Assembly (NCBI RefSeq): GCF_001499995.1
Contig: NZ_LQIU01000035.1
Span: 10,432-42,431 of the forward strand
Source: Mycobacterium sp. IS-1496
Lineage (GTDB): Bacteria > Actinomycetota > Actinomycetes > Mycobacteriales > Mycobacteriaceae
Direction: 5' to 3'
Length of the DNA: 32,000 nt
Shown: positions 6,927-13,804 of the stretch, one piece after another
Layout: each line of letters begins with the position of its first letter
Numbering within the stretch: position 1 is the stretch's first letter
Translations under genes and position numbers: made by a program
Notes under the pieces: generated by a model
What the model was told of the DNA's origin: nothing
The model's database searches: none
Seen by the model: the letters and a program-made list of their open reading frames with translations, nothing else

Positions 6927-7967
6927 ATGGTGCAGGGCGCTGGCGAACCCGTTCCGGCCCTGCGGATCCGGTGCGAGGAGATCCCGTACACCCTGGTGCC
7001 CGGCGACGCGCCGATCCTGATCGGCCGCGAACTGCCGGCGCAGATCCGGGTCGACGATCCACGGATCTCGCGGGTGCATGTCCGGGTCGCCGTCGACGGC
7101 GGCCATTGGGTGATGAGCGACGCCGGCAGCACCAACGGGGTGTTCGTCGACGGGAAGCGGGTGGATTCGGTGGAGATCCGGGGCACCGTGACCGCCCGGC
7201 TGGGGCATGCCGAGGGCATCGCGGTGACCCTGACGGTCGACGGCGCGGCCGTTCACGACGGGACCGCGGTGGACATCGACGTGGACGTCGCCCGTGCCGG
7301 TGTGGCTGTCGCGGACCGTCGCGAGGAACTCGGCTTCACCAGGCGCCGACTGGATACCGACGGGGTGATCGACCAGCAGACGCTGGCCGACTTCGAGGCC
7401 GGCAGGCGGTGGCCGTCCGACGATGCGCGGGCCCGGCTCGAGGAGCACCTCAAATGGCCGTCGGGCGCCATCGCCGCGGTGCGGGCCGGTGGCCCCGCGC
7501 CCGAGGACGAGAGCACCGAGATCCTCTCCGACACAGTCCAGATGGCGGTGATGGTCGACGCCGCCTACATCGGGCTCGGCAACGTGAAGGCCCGGATCGA
7601 CAAGGCGCCACCCCAGGACGATGGGGCCTATGACGAGTATGTCGGGGCGCTGCTGTTCGATCTGCGCGGGCTGGAGAAGATGGCCCGCAACGCGGGCAGG
7701 ACGACCGGGCGTCCGGACGTCGCCGTCGTGCTCAGGGACATCCGCCGCACGTACAACAACCTGATGGTGCGGGCGGCGCAGGCACCGGGTGCGCCGCTGA
7801 GCCGACGGCTCTACGCCGCGCGGCACTGCGCCGAGTTGACCGTCGAGGAGACCGCGGACGCGGCCGGGGTCAGCGTCGAGGCCGTCACCGATGCGGAGGC
7901 CGGCCGTGCCGACGCCACCGCCGCCGCCGCGCTCGAGGCCTTGGTGCGCCGGCTCGCCGACCGCTGA
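6927..7967 (+). CDS. FHA domain + two XRE-type HTH domains: putative phosphothreonine-responsive transcription regulator
   Basis: The FHA core is PILIGRELPAQIRVDDPRISRVHVRVAVDGGHWVMSDAGSTNGVFVDGKRV (G-R...S-R-x-H...S-T-N-G). The middle HTH is RREELGFTRRRLDTDGVIDQQTLADFEAGRRWP. The C-terminal HTH is RLYAARHCAELTVEETADAAGVSVEAVTDAEAG. Confidence 0.8.
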   Translation: MVQGAGEPVPALRIRCEEIPYTLVPGDAPILIGRELPAQIRVDDPRISRVHVRVAVDGGHWVMSDAGSTNGVFVDGKRVDSVEIRGTVTARLGHAEGIAVTLTVDGAAVHDGTAVDIDVDVARAGVAVADRREELGFTRRRLDTDGVIDQQTLADFEAGRRWPSDDARARLEEHLKWPSGAIAAVRAGGPAPEDESTEILSDTVQMAVMVDAAYIGLGNVKARIDKAPPQDDGAYDEYVGALLFDLRGLEKMARNAGRTTGRPDVAVVLRDIRRTYNNLMVRAAQAPGAPLSRRLYAARHCAELTVEETADAAGVSVEAVTDAEAGRADATAAAALEALVRRLADR

Positions 7968-8027
7968 GACGCGCTGAACACGAGGACTCGTGTGCCGGCC
8001 GCCGAGCGGGCCTGATAGGCATACACC

Positions 8028-8537
8028 GTGGGCAAGAACGAACGGGCGAAGATCGTGATGTCCGACGCCGAGATCGCCGAATTCATCGACCACAGCCGAA
8101 CCGCGACGATGGCCACGGTGCTGCCGGGCGGCCGGCCGCACCTGGTGGCGATGTGGTACGCGGTGCTCGACGGGGAGATCTGGTTCGAGACCAAGGCCAA
8201 ATCGCAGAAGGCGGTCAACCTGCGCCGCGACCCGACGGTGACGGTGATGATCGAGGACGGTCTGACGTACAACACGCTGCGGGGGGTCTCCATCGACGGC
8301 CGCGCGGAGATCGTCGACTCGGACCCCGATCTGCTTCTGCGCGTGGGGATCAGCGTCTGGGAGCGCTATACCGGCCCCTACAGCGACGAGATGAAGCCGT
8401 TCGTCGACCAGATGATGAACAACCGGATCGCCGTACGCGTGGTGCCCGAGCGGATGCGCAGCTGGGACCACCGCAAGCTCGGGATGCCGGAGATGCCGCT
8501 GTCCGGCAGCACCGCGCAGTACCTGGGTGAGTCCTGA
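8028..8537 (+). CDS. PPOX-class (pyridoxamine 5'-phosphate oxidase-like) probable F420-dependent enzyme
   Basis: The sequence EFIDHSRTATMATVLPGGRPHLVAMWYAVLDGEIWFETKAKSQKAVNLRRDPTVTVMIEDG is the typical split-barrel PPOX pattern. Confidence 0.75.
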   Translation: MGKNERAKIVMSDAEIAEFIDHSRTATMATVLPGGRPHLVAMWYAVLDGEIWFETKAKSQKAVNLRRDPTVTVMIEDGLTYNTLRGVSIDGRAEIVDSDPDLLLRVGISVWERYTGPYSDEMKPFVDQMMNNRIAVRVVPERMRSWDHRKLGMPEMPLSGSTAQYLGES

Positions 8538-9016
8538 TGTCGGCGCAGGAACGCCCCAAGCAGCTCGACTCTCCGGTGCTGCCGAAGATCTTCAAGTACG
8601 CCGGCAGGGCGCATGTGTGGGTGTACCGGCGCACCGGTGGCCGGATCGGCGGTAAGTGGCGCATCGGCGCGGGCTTCCGCAAGCCGGTGCCCACGATGCT
8701 GCTCGAGCACCGCGGCCGGAAGTCCGGGAAGGTGTTCGTCACGCCGCTGCTGTACATGCACGCCGGAGCCGACGTGGTGATCGTCGCGTCGCAGGGGGGA
8801 CGCCGGGAGCACCCGCAGTGGTACCGCAACCTGGTGGCCGGCCCGGACGTGTTCGTCGAGATCGGCTCGGAACGTCGCGCCGTGCGGGCCGTGGTCGCCG
8901 ACGCCGAGCAGCGGGCGCGGCTGTGGCCGAAGCTGGTCGACGTCTACGCCGATTTCGAGACGTACCAGAGCTGGACGGACCGCGAGATCCCCGTCATCCT
9001 CCTGCAGCCCCGCTGA
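8537..9016 (+). CDS. Nitroreductase-family deazaflavin (F420H2)-dependent oxidoreductase, Ddn-like
   Basis: The sequence VWVYRRTGGRIGG...LLEHRGRKSGKVFVTPLLYMHAGADVVIVASQGGRREHPQWYRNL carries the Ddn/DUF385 signature. Its start overlaps the upstream stop (TGATG). Confidence 0.8.
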   Translation: MSAQERPKQLDSPVLPKIFKYAGRAHVWVYRRTGGRIGGKWRIGAGFRKPVPTMLLEHRGRKSGKVFVTPLLYMHAGADVVIVASQGGRREHPQWYRNLVAGPDVFVEIGSERRAVRAVVADAEQRARLWPKLVDVYADFETYQSWTDREIPVILLQPR

Positions 9017-9839
9017 GACCGGGTGTGAAGCCGGGGTTGGCGAGCGCGGTGACCGTGACGTTGCCGAGGGGACCCAGACGGTCGAACAGGGCCGCCACCC
9101 CGGTGGACACGCCGTCGCAGGCGTAATGGGTCAGGGCCGCGAGCCCGAGGTGCGGGCCGTCGGGCAGCCGGCTCAGCGACACCGTGTAGTCGGCGTTGAT
9201 GAACGGTAGGCCGGTCGACCCGAAGTTGGTCAGCGAGCTCGCGTAGTCACCGGCGATCGCCGCGCGGACTGTCGGCGTCAACTCGACACCGTCGATCAGC
9301 GGCGTGACTTCCCGTATCCACACCGATTTCGGGCCGTCCTGCTGCCACCCGCTCAGGTCGGCGGTGGGGGTGGAGGCATCGGCACCGCCGAACACCCACA
9401 GCACCGTGGTGCGGTTGCCGATGTCGGCCGGGTCCGGCGGTAGCGGCGGCATGCTGACCGGGCTCGTCCAGGCGTCGTCGACCGGTTCGGGGGCGCGGCG
9501 CAGAAGCAGGGCGCGGGCACGGGCGACGACCGTATCGGCCTGCAGGAGTTCCGCGTCGACGAGCCAGAGCCGCCGGCCGCGGCGCAGCACCGTCGACCGG
9601 GTGCGCACCGGCGCCATCGTGACCGGCCGCATCAGATCGACCGTGAGCCGAGCCGGGTGGATCTCCGGATCGGCGTCGGGGTCGCGTGCGACGTCGCGTT
9701 CGACGACGTGCCCGAGTAGCCCGCCGACGTACGTCCCGCTCACCGTCTCGCCCCAGGGACCCCGCGCGATGGTGGTCGGGATGAACGCGTCCCCGTCGGG
9801 GACGAAGAATGCCGGCGCGGATGGTCGGGGCGTGGTCAC
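8994..9839 (-). CDS. Acyl-CoA thioesterase-like (double hot-dog) family protein
   Basis: 281 aa. The patterns FIPTTIARGPWGETVSGTYVGGLLGHVV...RLTVDLMRPV...GRRLWLVDAEL and the second half ADYTVSLSRLPDGPHLGLAAL match the TesB-like thioesterase layout. Confidence 0.65.
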   Translation of the reverse strand: MTTPRPSAPAFFVPDGDAFIPTTIARGPWGETVSGTYVGGLLGHVVERDVARDPDADPEIHPARLTVDLMRPVTMAPVRTRSTVLRRGRRLWLVDAELLQADTVVARARALLLRRAPEPVDDAWTSPVSMPPLPPDPADIGNRTTVLWVFGGADASTPTADLSGWQQDGPKSVWIREVTPLIDGVELTPTVRAAIAGDYASSLTNFGSTGLPFINADYTVSLSRLPDGPHLGLAALTHYACDGVSTGVAALFDRLGPLGNVTVTALANPGFTPGLSGAAGG

Positions 9840-9887
9840 CGCGCCGACCCTAACGGTGTGGGCCCCCTCCGGATGCGGCGGCTTCGG

Positions 9888-10193
9888 TCAGCCGTGGACG
9901 GGGTCGACGATGTCGGCGTACTCGTCGTGCTTCTGGATGTAGTTGGCGACGAGTTTGCACTCCGGCACGATCCGCTTGCCCGCCGACCGCGTCTGCTCCA
10001 ACGCCTCCGCGACGAGGATGGTGGCCAGTCCGCGGCCCTCGAACCGGCCGTCGACCTCGGTGTGGGTGAACACCCGTTGACCCTCGCGGTCGGTGAACTC
10101 GGCGAAACCGACCGTCTGGCCCTCCACGCCGATGGTGAATCGATCGGCTTCGGCGGTGACGGTGGTGGACGCGCCGGTCTTGTCGGTGGTCAC
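9888..10193 (-). CDS. Small GNAT-family N-acetyltransferase (YjdJ-like)
   Basis: 101 aa with the sequence FTHTEVDGRFEGRGLATILVAEALEQTRSAGKRIVPECKLVANYIQKH, the Q/R-x-x-G-x-G/A acetyl-CoA motif and the short single-domain form. Confidence 0.7.
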   Translation of the reverse strand: MTTDKTGASTTVTAEADRFTIGVEGQTVGFAEFTDREGQRVFTHTEVDGRFEGRGLATILVAEALEQTRSAGKRIVPECKLVANYIQKHDEYADIVDPVHG

Positions 10194-10205
10194 GGGCTCT
10201 CCTGA

Positions 10206-10700
10206 TCAGTCGGTGTCACTGGGCGGTACTGCTGTCGGTGCGGGTACCCCGCCCGCGCCGTCGTTGACCGTCGTTACCCCGACCAAATCGGACGAATGCG
10301 TCATGGCCGCCCGGATGGTCTCGAAGTCGTGGTCTTCGATGTGGAACACACCGAAGCGGAACTTGTACCCCCAGCGCTGTTTGTTCTCGACGAAGTCGAG
10401 GGCGTCGATCAGCGGGCGGATCGGGGTCTCCACACAGTCGAGGAAGTCGACGTTCCGCCGCCACACCTCCCCTTCTGTGGACGCCTGGTACGGCCCGTCG
10501 TCGACCACCCGGCCGAGCGCAGTGAACGCCTGCAGTGGTTCGCCGTCGGGATGGGTGACGCGCGGCGAGTAGAAGATCACCCAGTCGCCCCGGGACATGC
10601 GGCGCAGCGCGTGGGGCCTGCCGTGGTTCGCTTGCAGGAATCGGCCGCGGACAGCCCGTTCGACGTGGTCGCGGCTCACGGTGTTGATCCAGTTCGTCAT
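10206..10700 (-). CDS. EVE (PUA-like) domain protein with a low-complexity C-terminal tail
   Basis: The N-terminus MTNWINTVSRDHVERAVRGRFLQANHG...RRMSRGDWVIFYSP is the typical EVE-domain start. The gene is 12 nt upstream of the GNAT gene on the same strand. Confidence 0.7.
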   Translation of the reverse strand: MTNWINTVSRDHVERAVRGRFLQANHGRPHALRRMSRGDWVIFYSPRVTHPDGEPLQAFTALGRVVDDGPYQASTEGEVWRRNVDFLDCVETPIRPLIDALDFVENKQRWGYKFRFGVFHIEDHDFETIRAAMTHSSDLVGVTTVNDGAGGVPAPTAVPPSDTD

Positions 10701-10782
10701 GCCCGCACGCTAAGCGCCGGACCCGACAGATCGCGGTCCCGTCCACCGGGGTTGTGGACGGACGGCGCTCTGGGGATGACCG

Positions 10783-11103
10783 ATGCGCCGCACGACAAGA
10801 TCGGCGCCGTCTACGATCCACTCGATGAGCGAGCCCTCCGGCGGGCTGACCGCTGATGCCGTCCGCAACGCCACCTTCTCGAAACCCGCGTGGAACAAGC
10901 GGGGCTACGACCCCAAATCGGTACGGGACTTCTTGGCGTTGACGGCCCGCCGCCTCGAGGGCCGCGGCCACCTCTGCGCCGACGACGTCCGGCTGATCAG
11001 GTTCCCGAAGCCGCCGATCGGCCGGCGCGGATACCACGACGGCGAGGTCGACCAGTACATGTCGAGGGTGGCTGCGGCGATCGCCGCGCTCGACGGTCAG
11101 TGA
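10783..11103 (+). CDS. Small DivIVA-domain protein with two tandem DivIVA N-terminal motifs; start may instead be ATG 10825
   Basis: The pattern F-x-x-x-x-x-x-GY-x-x-x-x-V-x-x-(F/Y) occurs twice (FSKPAWNKRGYDPKSVRDFL and FPKPPIGRRGYHDGEVDQYM). A GGGGA motif lies 7-8 nt before ATG 10783. Confidence 0.6.
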   Translation: MRRTTRSAPSTIHSMSEPSGGLTADAVRNATFSKPAWNKRGYDPKSVRDFLALTARRLEGRGHLCADDVRLIRFPKPPIGRRGYHDGEVDQYMSRVAAAIAALDGQ

Positions 11104-11283
11104 GAAGTTGAGGACGGTGCCGCCATGGCGCCTCTCGGCGTGTGGTCGCTCGAAGCGACTGTTCTGTGGTGGGGCCCGGGGCATGCCCGGCACCGTCGCA
11201 GGGTGTAACCGCCCACCCCGCAGAGGTATTCCGGCCGGCCCGCCGCCCACCCCTCGGACGATTCGGCGGTGGACCGGACGGGG

Positions 11284-11577
11284 TCACGCGGACTCGGGAA
11301 ACACCCGGCGGATCGCGCGGACGGGATAGCCGTTGCGCTCGGCCAGCGAACGAAGTTGCTTGAGCGCAAAGGTCCGGCCGCGGCCGGCTTCCGGGATGAC
11401 GATGCCGGCCCACAGGCCCTCGGCGCGCGGCAGTTCGACCGCGTCGCGGGCACACATCCAGCGGCGCGGGCAGCCCCGGCAGATGGCCTTGGCCTCTTCG
11501 TCCGCCGTAGTGGTCCAACGCTCCGGATCGCGGGTGCAGGCGCCGACCGGGACCTCCAGGAATGTCACGTTGCTCAT
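11284..11577 (-). CDS. whiB6: WhiB-family Fe-S transcription factor, WhiB6-like by position
   Basis: Four Cys in the WhiB arrangement (GAC...AICRGCPRRWMC) plus the GLWAGI turn motif. I take ATG 11577 (MSNVTFLEV...) because GAAGGAG lies 6 nt upstream; the ORF-track start 11610 has no SD. The gene is on the opposite strand upstream of the ESX-1 genes, as Rv3862c is in M. tuberculosis. Confidence 0.85.
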   Translation of the reverse strand: MSNVTFLEVPVGACTRDPERWTTTADEEAKAICRGCPRRWMCARDAVELPRAEGLWAGIVIPEAGRGRTFALKQLRSLAERNGYPVRAIRRVFPESA

Positions 11578-11628
11578 GGGTTGCTCCTTCTGACAAGCCG
11601 TGCGGGCCAACGCCTCGCGTCGCAGAGG

Positions 11629-11657
11629 AATCTATAGCAACAACCGTAGCGATGCAA
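11629..11657 (-). promoter_or_regulatory. Candidate sigma-A-type promoter of whiB6 (-35 TTGCAT, 17-nt spacer, -10 TAGATT, read on the minus strand)
   Basis: The plus-strand aatcta at 11629-11634 and atgcaa at 11652-11657 give this arrangement on the minus strand. It lies ~50 nt upstream of the whiB6 start. This is pattern matching only. Confidence 0.3.
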
Positions 11658-11836
11658 CGGTTTCTAGGCTTGGATCGGTCAGCGGGTGGACGTGGGGTGG
11701 CGCACGAATCTGCCGAAAGGGCGTTGACGTGCGGAGAAACTGGCGAATGAGGCGCGATGACGCTACAGTTCTGGAAGAGTAAACCGAAGCGTTCCCGTAT
11801 CAAGGTGAGGCAGAAGATGTAGCTTCGATACGGATT

Positions 11837-11858
11837 CTCCGGCTCACGTGAACCGGAG
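11837..11858. promoter_or_regulatory. 22-bp near-perfect palindrome CTCCGGcTCACGTGAaCCGGAG (candidate operator)
   Basis: The two halves are reverse complements except for one central-flank position, and the core CACGTG is itself palindromic. The site lies in the whiB6/HTH divergent intergenic region, ~77 nt upstream of ATG 11935 and just upstream of the candidate -35. Confidence 0.4.
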
Positions 11859-11861
11859 TCA

Positions 11862-11889
11862 TAGCAGTACCGGTTCCCGCGGTTAGTAT
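11862..11889 (+). promoter_or_regulatory. Candidate promoter of the HTH paralogue (-35 TAGCAG, 16-nt spacer, -10 TAGTAT within GGTTAGTAT)
   Basis: TAGTAT at 11884-11889 fits TANNNT and ends 45 nt before the start codon. The architecture is nearly identical to the candidate promoter at 25415-25443. Confidence 0.3.
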
Positions 11890-11934
11890 TGCTGCACCGA
11901 GCCGTCGTCGAGCCAGCGAGGATGAGCGCCGTCC

Positions 11935-12690
11935 ATGACCAACGCGGAGTCGATCGACGAGGCGACCGGGATCCTCGACGCCGGGGTCGCGCGCGCGGGT
12001 GCCGCGGCCGCCGCGCGGCGCCGTGAACTCGACATCAGCCAGCGCAGCCTGGCCGCCGACGGCATCATCAACGCCGGCGCGCTGATCGCCTTCGAGAAGG
12101 GTCGGAGCTGGCCGCGCGAGCGTACCCGGGCAAAGCTGGAAGAGGTGTTGCGCTGGTCTCCGGGAACCATCGCCAAGCTGCGCCGGGGTGAGCCGGTCGG
12201 CGTCCGCGACGCCACGACCGCCCCGGCCCCGGTTGCGGCCCCCACGGCGCCGGCCGGTGCCGAGGCGCCGCTCATCGCCCAGGCCGTCGAGGCCGCGGTT
12301 CACACGCTCGGCGCCACCGCGGACGTCCTGCCCCCCGTCGACGATCCGGACTTCACGCCCCGGGTCACCACGATTCTGTCCGACCTGCGGCAGCTCGAGG
12401 CGGTGGCGGCTCGAGCGGCTCGTATCGGGAAGGTCACCCCGCCCCTGATCAAGGCGCTCAGCGCGGTGCGCGGGCGGATCGACGAGCTGACGATGCTCGC
12501 GGCCACCGCGCCGAACGCCACCTTGGGGCAGCGGCTGTACGCGGTCCGCAGACGAGCCAATCTGACGATCAGCGAGACCGCGCAGGCGGCGGGCGTCTCC
12601 GACGACGACATCGCCGACGCGGAATCGGAACGGCCGATCTCGGAGGCGGCATCGGCGGCCGTCGAGACGCTGATCGGCGCGCTGGAGTGA
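11935..12690 (+). CDS. Double XRE-type HTH protein, FHA-less paralogue of the 6927-7967 product
   Basis: It aligns by eye with the C-terminal ~240 aa of the FHA protein. Compare RRRELDISQRSLAADGIINAGALIAFEKGRSWPRERTRAKLEEVLRWSPGTIAKLRRGE with RREELGFTRRRLDTDGVIDQQTLADFEAGRRWPSDDARARLEEHLKWPSGAIAAVRAG. Compare also the C-terminal LGQRLYAVRRRANLTISETAQAAGVSDDDIADAE with LSRRLYAARHCAELTVEETADAAGVSVEAVTDAE. Confidence 0.75.
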   Translation: MTNAESIDEATGILDAGVARAGAAAAARRRELDISQRSLAADGIINAGALIAFEKGRSWPRERTRAKLEEVLRWSPGTIAKLRRGEPVGVRDATTAPAPVAAPTAPAGAEAPLIAQAVEAAVHTLGATADVLPPVDDPDFTPRVTTILSDLRQLEAVAARAARIGKVTPPLIKALSAVRGRIDELTMLAATAPNATLGQRLYAVRRRANLTISETAQAAGVSDDDIADAESERPISEAASAAVETLIGALE

Positions 12691-12801
12691 GGTCGCCGCG
12701 GTTCGGCGCCGCCGCCGCCTACTACGCTTCCATGGGTACGTTTGCCGAGTTCACCCGAGCGGGGGTATCGAAGTGACGACGAGGTACGTGGAGGTCCCGA
12801 C

Positions 12802-13722
12802 ATGACGTGGCCGCCTCCGCCCCCGTCCTCGGACCCCTGGGCCAGCGGTCCCGTCCCGGGCCGCGACGACGCGGACCCCTCGGCGGAGCCGGCTTCCGAG
12901 CCGGCCCCGGAGCCGTTGTGGGAGCCGCTCGCCGACCCGGTCGCGGGTTCCGATCCCGACGAGTTCTCCAAACCCGTCGAGCAGCCCGTCGAGCAGCCGA
13001 TCGATCAACCCGTGGCACAGCCGATCGACCAGCCGCACGCCACCGCACCCGCCCCACCGCCCCACCAGCCCCGTCCCGACGGGGCCTGGTCTGCCCCCGG
13101 TCACAGCGCTCCGCCGCCGGTGGTTCCGCGGGCGCATGTCGCGCCGCCGCAGCAGAAGAAGCCGGTGTGGCTGATCGCCGCCGCGGTGCTGGCCGTGATC
13201 GTCGTCGGCGTGGTGGTGTGGTTGCTCCTGCCCTCCGGCGACGGCGGTGACGCGCCCGCCGCGTCGACGACCCCCTCGCCGACCCGCACCGCCGACCCAC
13301 GAGCCGAGGCCGATCTGCGCGCGGCGCTCCCGCGTGGCTACGCCGCCGACGCGTGCGGGATGCAGACCCCGCCCACCGGTGCGCTCGCCGAGGCGTCCTG
13401 CGGTGCGAACACCGACCCCGGGGGCCCGCCGTCGGCGACCTACACGATCACGGCCGACGACACCGCGCTGGACGCCACGTTCAACGACGTCATCGAGGCG
13501 TCCTCGATCGTCACCTGCCCGGGCAACATCCAGTCGCCGGGGCCGTGGCGGCGCAACGCCACACCGGAGAAGGTCAGCGGCGTGTTGTTCTGTGGGCTGC
13601 AGTCCAACAGCCCGGTGTTGGCGTGGACCAACACCGAGGAGTCGCTCGTCGCGGTCGTCAAGTCCGGCCCGCAGGGCCCGGGTCTCGACCAGCTCTACAC
13701 CTGGTGGACGTCGCACTCCTGA
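12802..13722 (+). CDS. Proline-rich single-pass membrane protein with a four-cysteine extracytoplasmic domain
   Basis: I take ATG 12802 (GGAGG 6 nt upstream) rather than 12742. The Pro/Glu/Asp-rich N-terminal ~115 aa is followed by a TM helix (KKPVWLIAAAVLAVIVVGVVVWLLLP) and a ~150-aa C-terminal domain with Cys at ADACG, ASCG, VTCPG and LFCG. Confidence 0.7.
   Translation: MTWPPPPPSSDPWASGPVPGRDDADPSAEPASEPAPEPLWEPLADPVAGSDPDEFSKPVEQPVEQPIDQPVAQPIDQPHATAPAPPPHQPRPDGAWSAPGHSAPPPVVPRAHVAPPQQKKPVWLIAAAVLAVIVVGVVVWLLLPSGDGGDAPAASTTPSPTRTADPRAEADLRAALPRGYAADACGMQTPPTGALAEASCGANTDPGGPPSATYTITADDTALDATFNDVIEASSIVTCPGNIQSPGPWRRNATPEKVSGVLFCGLQSNSPVLAWTNTEESLVAVVKSGPQGPGLDQLYTWWTSHS
12973..13035 (+). 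repeat. In-frame 12-nt tandem repeat, about 5 copies, encoding PVEQ-PVEQ-PIDQ-PVAQ-PIDQ
   Basis: Read directly: cccgtcgagcag cccgtcgagcag ccgatcgatcaa cccgtggcacag ccgatcgaccag. Confidence 0.8.
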
Positions 13723-13739
13723 TCGTGGCCGAAACGCAC

Positions 13740-13780
13740 CGGCGGGGCTGACCGCGGCTCGTGCCGCAGCAGCCCCGCCG
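13740..13780. terminator. GC-rich stem-loop between convergent genes (candidate bidirectional intrinsic terminator)
   Basis: CGGCGGGGCTG (13740-13750) is the perfect reverse complement of CAGCCCCGCCG (13770-13780). An inner GCGGC/GCCGC pair sits within the loop. The structure lies 18 nt after one stop codon and 24 nt from the other. There is no clear U-tract. Confidence 0.45.
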
Positions 13781-13804
13781 AGGTGTTCGCGCGGAGACGG
13801 TGCG

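Noticed and set aside
2966-8471. Antisense ORFs 2966-5746, 3382-5073, 5547-6752 and 6837-8471 (400-926 aa)
   Set aside because: They have the same shadow-frame composition and no motifs. They lie opposite + strand genes that show coherent domain structure and translational coupling.
11104-11283. Short GC palindromes (CGCCATGGCG; CCGGGGCATGCCCGG) between the convergent DivIVA-like and whiB6 genes, considered as terminators
   Set aside because: The stems are only 5-6 bp or have no loop, and no U-tract follows. This is not distinguishable from background in GC-rich DNA.
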